32,000 nt of DNA. Origin: Candidatus Heimdallarchaeota archaeon (GTDB lineage Archaea > Asgardarchaeota > Heimdallarchaeia > JABLTI01). The position numbers and the translations under genes are program-made. Within the stretch, counting starts at the first letter, position 1. Every line of letters starts with the position of its first letter. Of the stretch, positions 26,614 through 32,000 are shown in pieces. The stretch lies in contig JAUWKS010000008.1 in the NCBI GenBank assembly GCA_030614005.1, positions 1-32,000 of the forward strand. Direction: 5' to 3'. A model generated the notes under the pieces. That model searched no databases. It was not told the origin of the DNA and saw nothing but the letters and a program-made list of their open reading frames with translations.

Positions 26614-28719
26614 TCATAAAGGCAGATTTGAAATAAAATCAAATAGTCTTTCTTTCTCATATGAAAAATCATTTTTATCTTCAGTCAGCAATAAAGGAAG
26701 GAAAATTTCTTTGATATTGTCTTTGGAAATTTCTAATTCTTTTGAGATTAGTTTCAATAATTTAAGAATCTCAGTAAGCTTCTCATTGATGAAAAAATCA
26801 AAAATTTCCAGAGCTTGATTTGAGATGTCCTCTTGGTCATGAATAAATTCATCTTTCACAATAAGAACTAACTCGTTAATCAATCTTATCAATGTTAGTA
26901 AATCATGAGCTGCTATTTCGGGATAACGATGCATCAAAAATTGAATAATAGAAACTTTATTTTCTTTTCCGAAATGTAAACTAATAGACAACATTAGTGG
27001 AATATCAATGTGTTCAAGATCTAAATCTGCATAATAAAGAACCATTTTATTTAACCAATTTTCAATTGTGAGACTTTTCAGCATCTTAGGTAATTTCTTT
27101 GGCATTTCATTCTTGATTAATTCTAACAATTTTATAATAACAATAACCGAAGATTCTAGTGCAATTTTCTCTCCGATGATTTTTTCATTTCGATTTAGTG
27201 TTTTTCTTAATAATTTTGAATCCGTTTCAGAAATAGTATTTAGGAATTCATAAATAGTTAATAGTTTCTTTTCAACTTCAATTTTTGAATATATTCTGTC
27301 AATAGTTAGCTCGTTAATCAAAGCAACTCGGTCATCAAAAGATAATTCTTGCATTGAAATATTCACTAAATCTAATTCACTTAGACCTGAAAACAGTTCT
27401 ATTCTAGCAGCTTCCTTTTTTGAGTATGCACCTATTTCCAAAGATGATTTCAAAGGACTATCCTTATCACTTGTAGTATCATCAACTTTATCCAATTCCT
27501 TTTCAGCCAAATCACGAATTTGGTTTTTGCTTTCTTCTAGAATTTCTAGGGTCATTGCTTTCTTAATTGAAAATATGGTTGCAAAAAGACAACTAATTTC
27601 AAATAGTGTTTCCTTTTTTTTACGTTCATTCTCCATTTCAGAAACATATCTGATTATATCAATTAATTGTGAATCCCCGGAGTTAGCAGCTTGAATAATT
27701 TCCATGGTCGATGAATGAGTATAACTTGCGATAATTGTAGAAGCAATCCAAGCCTGGGCTATTTTTTTAGCAAGAAGGTTCGTTGGTAATTTAGCTAAGA
27801 ATTTTACTAGTAAATCAGTTTCACCTTTACTAAGTTCTTTCAACAAAAGATTGATTTCCCGCAGATTCTTTTCTTGTTTAACTTTTTCAATCAGATTGTC
27901 GAAAGAAAGATCTATTAATGTTCTTGCAAATTGCAAATCTATTAAACGAAGTGTAGTTATTAAAGCTGGTATACTTGTTAATTGCTCTTGGGTTTTGAGA
28001 AGTTGTTCCAAGAAGCTAGTCAAGTTATACAATAATTCTATTATAGATTTCTTCTTTAACTTACTTAAACCAAACAAAATTTTGTTGATATAAACAATAT
28101 CACTTTCGCTAGTTATGAGTGATTCAAAATTCTTTAGAGTGCCAGTTCGTAATTCTCCTAATTTTGGATTTTTCAAATGCTCAATACTCATATTGCCAAT
28201 TGCATTTATTACCTCCTCAATTTCAGAACCCTTACCAGATACATTGAAGTTTTCAATTGTTAACTCCCAAGAAGTCTTCTTATTTTCTACTAAAGCTTCA
28301 ATTTCAGCTTTCTTTGATTCTATCTTGCAATCTATTAGATTTTTACCTACTAAGACTATTGGAATATTTCCACAATTAACCACTACCTCAGTTATCCATT
28401 TTTCGAGATTTATTAGGAAATCTGAGCAAGTAAAGTCGTAAATCAATATACAACTATGAGCATGATGCAACATAAACCTACGTGTCGATTCAAATCTAGG
28501 TGAGGTATCTATATCAGATACAACAAATTGTATACCATCTTGATTATTTAATGAACGCCAATTTATAAGAAGTATATCAACTCCAATGAATTCCTTTTGA
28601 TTGGAACCAAATCCCTTTTTTACTTTTGGGTGATTTATAAGAAAATCACGATTGACTAATGGATCACTAAGAATAATCATTTTTCGTTTGAAAAAATCAG
28701 TGGTTTTTTTTTCAGCCAT
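26614..28719 (-). CDS. Degenerate Rab-like GTPase domain fused to about 40-aa helical repeats
   Basis: The N-terminal ~170 aa keeps small-GTPase order (IGVD, CILIYD, LEKWITE, IPIVLVG, SGK) but G1/G3/G4 are altered; the Leu/Ile-rich C-terminal ~500 aa has recurring L.EKI..E..L..I..LL units. Confidence 0.7.
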   Translation of the reverse strand: MAEKKTTDFFKRKMIILSDPLVNRDFLINHPKVKKGFGSNQKEFIGVDILLINWRSLNNQDGIQFVVSDIDTSPRFESTRRFMLHHAHSCILIYDFTCSDFLINLEKWITEVVVNCGNIPIVLVGKNLIDCKIESKKAEIEALVENKKTSWELTIENFNVSGKGSEIEEVINAIGNMSIEHLKNPKLGELRTGTLKNFESLITSESDIVYINKILFGLSKLKKKSIIELLYNLTSFLEQLLKTQEQLTSIPALITTLRLIDLQFARTLIDLSFDNLIEKVKQEKNLREINLLLKELSKGETDLLVKFLAKLPTNLLAKKIAQAWIASTIIASYTHSSTMEIIQAANSGDSQLIDIIRYVSEMENERKKKETLFEISCLFATIFSIKKAMTLEILEESKNQIRDLAEKELDKVDDTTSDKDSPLKSSLEIGAYSKKEAARIELFSGLSELDLVNISMQELSFDDRVALINELTIDRIYSKIEVEKKLLTIYEFLNTISETDSKLLRKTLNRNEKIIGEKIALESSVIVIIKLLELIKNEMPKKLPKMLKSLTIENWLNKMVLYYADLDLEHIDIPLMLSISLHFGKENKVSIIQFLMHRYPEIAAHDLLTLIRLINELVLIVKDEFIHDQEDISNQALEIFDFFINEKLTEILKLLKLISKELEISKDNIKEIFLPLLLTEDKNDFSYEKERLFDFISNLPL

Positions 28720-28735
28720 TTTCCTTTTTTCACCT

Positions 28736-30478
28736 TTATTCCAAGGGAAAAGAGGTTAATTCTGAATAATAGTCTATTGCTTGTTGAATGAATTCTCTTT
28801 CAATATATCCATGAGGAGATTCTACACTAAACAACCTATCAGCAAGATGTTTCACAGACATTTTTTGCCCGGCAGCAATTTTCCATTCGTTTTTCTTTCG
28901 GTATGTTTCTTGTCCTAAATTGATTAGATCTTTTTTGGAAATTTTAAGTCCAATTGCATTTAAGCTTTCCAAAGAACGTGAAACATTGTATACTTTTCTA
29001 GCGAAAAGACAAACTACTAAAGAATTTAATACTTGACGCCATTGCTCTTCTTTAACCAACGAGTCAACTAAATCTTTGTAATCTAATTCTTTACCAAGAT
29101 GTTTCTGGTCATAGCTATACCCTGCATTACAGAGATGCGAATGTCTTTGTCCAATTAAATGACCAATAATACTCCCTGGACCGGTAAAATACCCTGCTGG
29201 TGTTTGCCCTCCAATAATTATTGCGAAATCTTTCCCACCGTACTTCTTTACGCAAGCATCTAATCCTTCGCCAAGAGTTTCATAAAATTCATTCGCTCTT
29301 CGAACAATCAGTTCTATTGCCGTAAGATAATTCATTGTACTGCCATATTCGAAAACTACGCCCATAGTTTCTTTATGAGTAATTAATTCTTGTTGAAAAG
29401 CATCTGTAGCCCAACCTAAGATACCACCGAGAGTAATAATATCCATACCATTGCGATCTGTGATTTCAATTAAACGCAAAACATCGCTTGCATTTTCAAT
29501 GCCAAGATTAGACCCAACAGCATAGAGTAATTCATAATCATATGGAACGAAAGTTGTTTCAACATCATATTCTTCTTTTTTATATGGTATACGCAAATAC
29601 GCAACGTGAATACAACCAACAGGACATTGAGAACAAGCGATTTTTCTTAATAGTAAGTTTTCAGCGAAATATTCCCCAGAAATATTATCTGCAAATTCAA
29701 AACGTCCTGAACTAAAATTCCTTGTTGGTAAACCACCAATAACATTCATTGGTTGTATACCTGCAGAGGTGCCAAGAATATGGTATTTATCCATATCATC
29801 GCTGTCTTTGATATGATTGAAGATAGTTTTGTACACTTTTTTGTAAGCTTTCATATCAGGAAAAGTAATATCTTGTGTACCTTCAACTACGATTGCTTTA
29901 AGATTCTTAGAACCAAAAACAGTGCCTAAACCTAAGCGACCAAAATGACGATAGTTGTCAACATTGACGTATGAGTATTTTATTAATCTGTCACCAGCGC
30001 GTCCAGTACGAATGAAACTTCTTCGTCCTGGTCCTTGAGGTTCTGCATCTCGAAGAATTCTCCCAACAGAAAAAACACTTCGCAAATTCCAAAGTAATTC
30101 AGCATTCTTTATTGTAATACTATCATCATGAATTGCAATATAAACAGGATGAGATGCCTTCCCCCGAATAATCATTCCATCGTAACCCGAAAAGCGTATT
30201 GCCGAAGCAAGTCTCCCTCCAGCATAACTTTCGCCTAATTCGTTATTTAATGGAGATTTAAACATTGCAACCGTCTTTGCGGCAGTAGGATATGCAGCAG
30301 TTAGAGGGCCTATAGCAAATACAATAACATTTTCAGGAGAAAGAGGGTCAACTTTAGGGTCACAACTTTTAGTAAAAAGTTCTGTAGCTAAAGAAACACC
30401 GCCAAGAAATTGATTTAACTTTGAGTCCTCTACTACCTTTACTCTTCTTTTTGTTAGATCAATATCAATAATTCTCAA
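28736..30478 (-). CDS. Aldehyde:ferredoxin oxidoreductase (tungstopterin AOR/WOR family)
   Basis: FLGG..LA, KSPLNN.LGES.AGG, GYDGMII.GKA, GLGTVFGSKNLKAI, C..CPVGC, DYELLY; the likely TTG start at 30478 overlaps the upstream TGA (TTGA). The track start is 30547. Confidence 0.92.
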   Translation of the reverse strand: MRIIDIDLTKRRVKVVEDSKLNQFLGGVSLATELFTKSCDPKVDPLSPENVIVFAIGPLTAAYPTAAKTVAMFKSPLNNELGESYAGGRLASAIRFSGYDGMIIRGKASHPVYIAIHDDSITIKNAELLWNLRSVFSVGRILRDAEPQGPGRRSFIRTGRAGDRLIKYSYVNVDNYRHFGRLGLGTVFGSKNLKAIVVEGTQDITFPDMKAYKKVYKTIFNHIKDSDDMDKYHILGTSAGIQPMNVIGGLPTRNFSSGRFEFADNISGEYFAENLLLRKIACSQCPVGCIHVAYLRIPYKKEEYDVETTFVPYDYELLYAVGSNLGIENASDVLRLIEITDRNGMDIITLGGILGWATDAFQQELITHKETMGVVFEYGSTMNYLTAIELIVRRANEFYETLGEGLDACVKKYGGKDFAIIIGGQTPAGYFTGPGSIIGHLIGQRHSHLCNAGYSYDQKHLGKELDYKDLVDSLVKEEQWRQVLNSLVVCLFARKVYNVSRSLESLNAIGLKISKKDLINLGQETYRKKNEWKIAAGQKMSVKHLADRLFSVESPHGYIEREFIQQAIDYYSELTSFPLE

Positions 30479-30882
30479 CTTTCCACTTCCTCCATTTCTA
30501 AAATGCCATGAGGACAGAAAGGTACGCAGAGTCCACAGTGAATACAAATAATCGGCATACCATTTTGAGAATCAAGTTTTATCGCCCCAATAATACAAGC
30601 ATCCTTACAAAGACCACATGCATCACACTTACTTTTATCCAAAATAACTCCTCCGCCTTTTCTTTTTCGTAAAGCTCCTGAAGGGCAAGCTCTCAAACAA
30701 ACTGGATCTTTACAACCTCTACAAACAACTATACTATAATACGCGGTCTGTCCTGCAGCAATTACAGAAATTGCTGATTGATCAACGGATAGTGTATTAA
30801 ATCTCTCTCGAGCACAAGCCATAACACAACAAAGACAACCAACACATCTTTCGATATGGCGAACAGTAATTTTCTTTGGCAT
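30475..30882 (-). CDS. Multi-[4Fe-4S] ferredoxin-like subunit of the AOR
   Basis: CVGCLCCVMAC, CRGCKDPVCLRACPSGA, CDACGLCKDAC, CIHCGLCVPFCP; translationally coupled to the AOR. Confidence 0.92.
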   Translation of the reverse strand: MPKKITVRHIERCVGCLCCVMACARERFNTLSVDQSAISVIAAGQTAYYSIVVCRGCKDPVCLRACPSGALRKRKGGGVILDKSKCDACGLCKDACIIGAIKLDSQNGMPIICIHCGLCVPFCPHGILEMEEVES

Positions 30883-30970
30883 AGATTACTATTAGTGATA
30901 ATGTTTTATTAGGATTTTCAAGTCCAAACAACTTTAGAACAATATTATTTCTGAATAAATCTAATCTCTG

Positions 30971-31002
30971 AAAAAAAAGGAAATTAGATAAAATCTAATT
31001 TC
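30971..31002 (-). terminator. Hairpin overlapping the stop codon plus T-tract
   Basis: GAAATTAGA-5nt-TCTAATTTC (30980-31002) followed by CTTTTTTTT on the minus strand. Confidence 0.5.
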
Positions 31003-32000
31003 TTCGTTTTCTGATTATAACTAGTGTAACTATGAAAGCAAAACTTGTTGTGAATGCTAGAATTGTAAATCCTGGTAAAATAATTGTTTCTGGTATTGCT
31101 GTTGTTGTTGTTGGATCTTCTGGTACAGGGTCTAAATTACAATCAACTAAGGCTATTCTCAATCCGCCAAAACCACTTGCAATGTAAATAGTGTCATCTA
31201 TAACGTCTAGACCATAGAAATATTCACTACCATTAGCTGCAAATGATCCTATTTGCTTGATGTCATATGCACTTCGAACATCGAGAACCCTAAGACCTTC
31301 GAAACCCAGAGCTATATAAAACAAACCATCATGAATACAAATATCTTCCATATACCATGATGTAAGATCGGTAAAATTCGCTATATAGATTGGATTGGTA
31401 GCATCTGAAACATCAATAATTTCTAAGAAGCCATTGCTAGATAAGAACAATGAATCTAAGTAATAATGCATACTGTAAGCATAATCAAGTGTCTCATAGC
31501 TACTTATAACACTTATATCATTCAAGTTAGAAGCATCTAAAATATGCACGGTTTTAGTATTATCTAACAAATAAACAGTTTCACTAACAACTTGTATATC
31601 TCTAAGATAAACATCAAGATCCGTAAAAGTAGGATACACAGATATCATTGTTGGATTAGCTATATTCATAACATGTAGGTCTTGTCCTTCGAGTACGTAT
31701 AATATATCGTTGTTAATATAGAATGAATTTGCAAAAGTCATTCCAGTAATATTCATTACAAGTTGTGGAAACACTGGATCAGTAACATCAAAGATTAGGA
31801 TACCAGTCATATCTAAAACATAGACATAACTCTCATAGTATTCTATTTGTGTTGTAAAGGTATAACCATCCCATTGCCCTAATCCTTGTGGATTATTTGG
31901 GTTTTGAACGTCAACAGTACTTAGAGTGATATTCCCATTTGAGATATAAGCGACATCATCACCTATTGCTAAATCAAATGCATAACCTATAATACCATAA
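30995..32000 (-). CDS. LVIVD-repeat (beta-propeller) cell-surface protein with PGF/TM/basic C-terminal sorting signal; 5' end outside the window
   Basis: Repeats such as GILIFDVTDP, LEIIDVSDATNP and GLRVLDVRSA; the frame stays open from 31810 to the window edge; C-terminus PTTTTA...LPGF-hydrophobic helix-RKRRN. Confidence 0.88.
   Translation of the reverse strand, partial: YGIIGYAFDLAIGDDVAYISNGNITLSTVDVQNPNNPQGLGQWDGYTFTTQIEYYESYVYVLDMTGILIFDVTDPVFPQLVMNITGMTFANSFYINNDILYVLEGQDLHVMNIANPTMISVYPTFTDLDVYLRDIQVVSETVYLLDNTKTVHILDASNLNDISVISSYETLDYAYSMHYYLDSLFLSSNGFLEIIDVSDATNPIYIANFTDLTSWYMEDICIHDGLFYIALGFEGLRVLDVRSAYDIKQIGSFAANGSEYFYGLDVIDDTIYIASGFGGLRIALVDCNLDPVPEDPTTTTAIPETIILPGFTILAFTTSFAFIVTLVIIRKRRN

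Noticed and set aside
14610-28441. Antisense track ORFs such as 14610-14906, 16454-16672, 17900-18088, 18477-18704, 20697-20960, 21996-22208, 22302-22520, 24783-25142, 27068-27253, 27851-28093 and 28115-28441
   Set aside because: All overlap longer, better supported genes on the opposite strand and look like reverse-frame artefacts.

Overview
AT-rich archaeal chromosomal window, most likely from an Asgard archaeon (Heimdallarchaeia-like; inferred from roadblock, longin, Rab-like GTPase, membrane RING and PGF-type C-terminal sorting proteins). No rRNA, tRNA, CRISPR array, integrase or transposase was seen. Layout: surE and a serine hydrolase (0.2-2.5 kb); a cluster of eukaryotic-signature genes (2.6-13.7 kb: roadblock, TPR-longin, two TM-RING proteins, roadblock + Rab-like GTPase, DENN/folliculin-like protein); within it a 7.3-kb segment bounded by a 63-bp near-perfect inverted repeat built from two palindromic modules, carrying a secreted reprolysin-like protease and an ArdC-like pseudogene; an orange-protein-like cluster (2 Fe-S P-loop ATPases, 2 NifB/NifX, DUF5320, DUF134); an icd-aconitase-citD-citE-citF-citX gene run with a decayed inverted second citX copy 8 kb away; degV; a degenerate (pseudo) small GTPase fused to helical repeats directly downstream of a ferredoxin/AOR pair; and a 5'-truncated LVIVD-repeat surface protein. 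Domain calls come from motif reading only and need HMM or structure confirmation.
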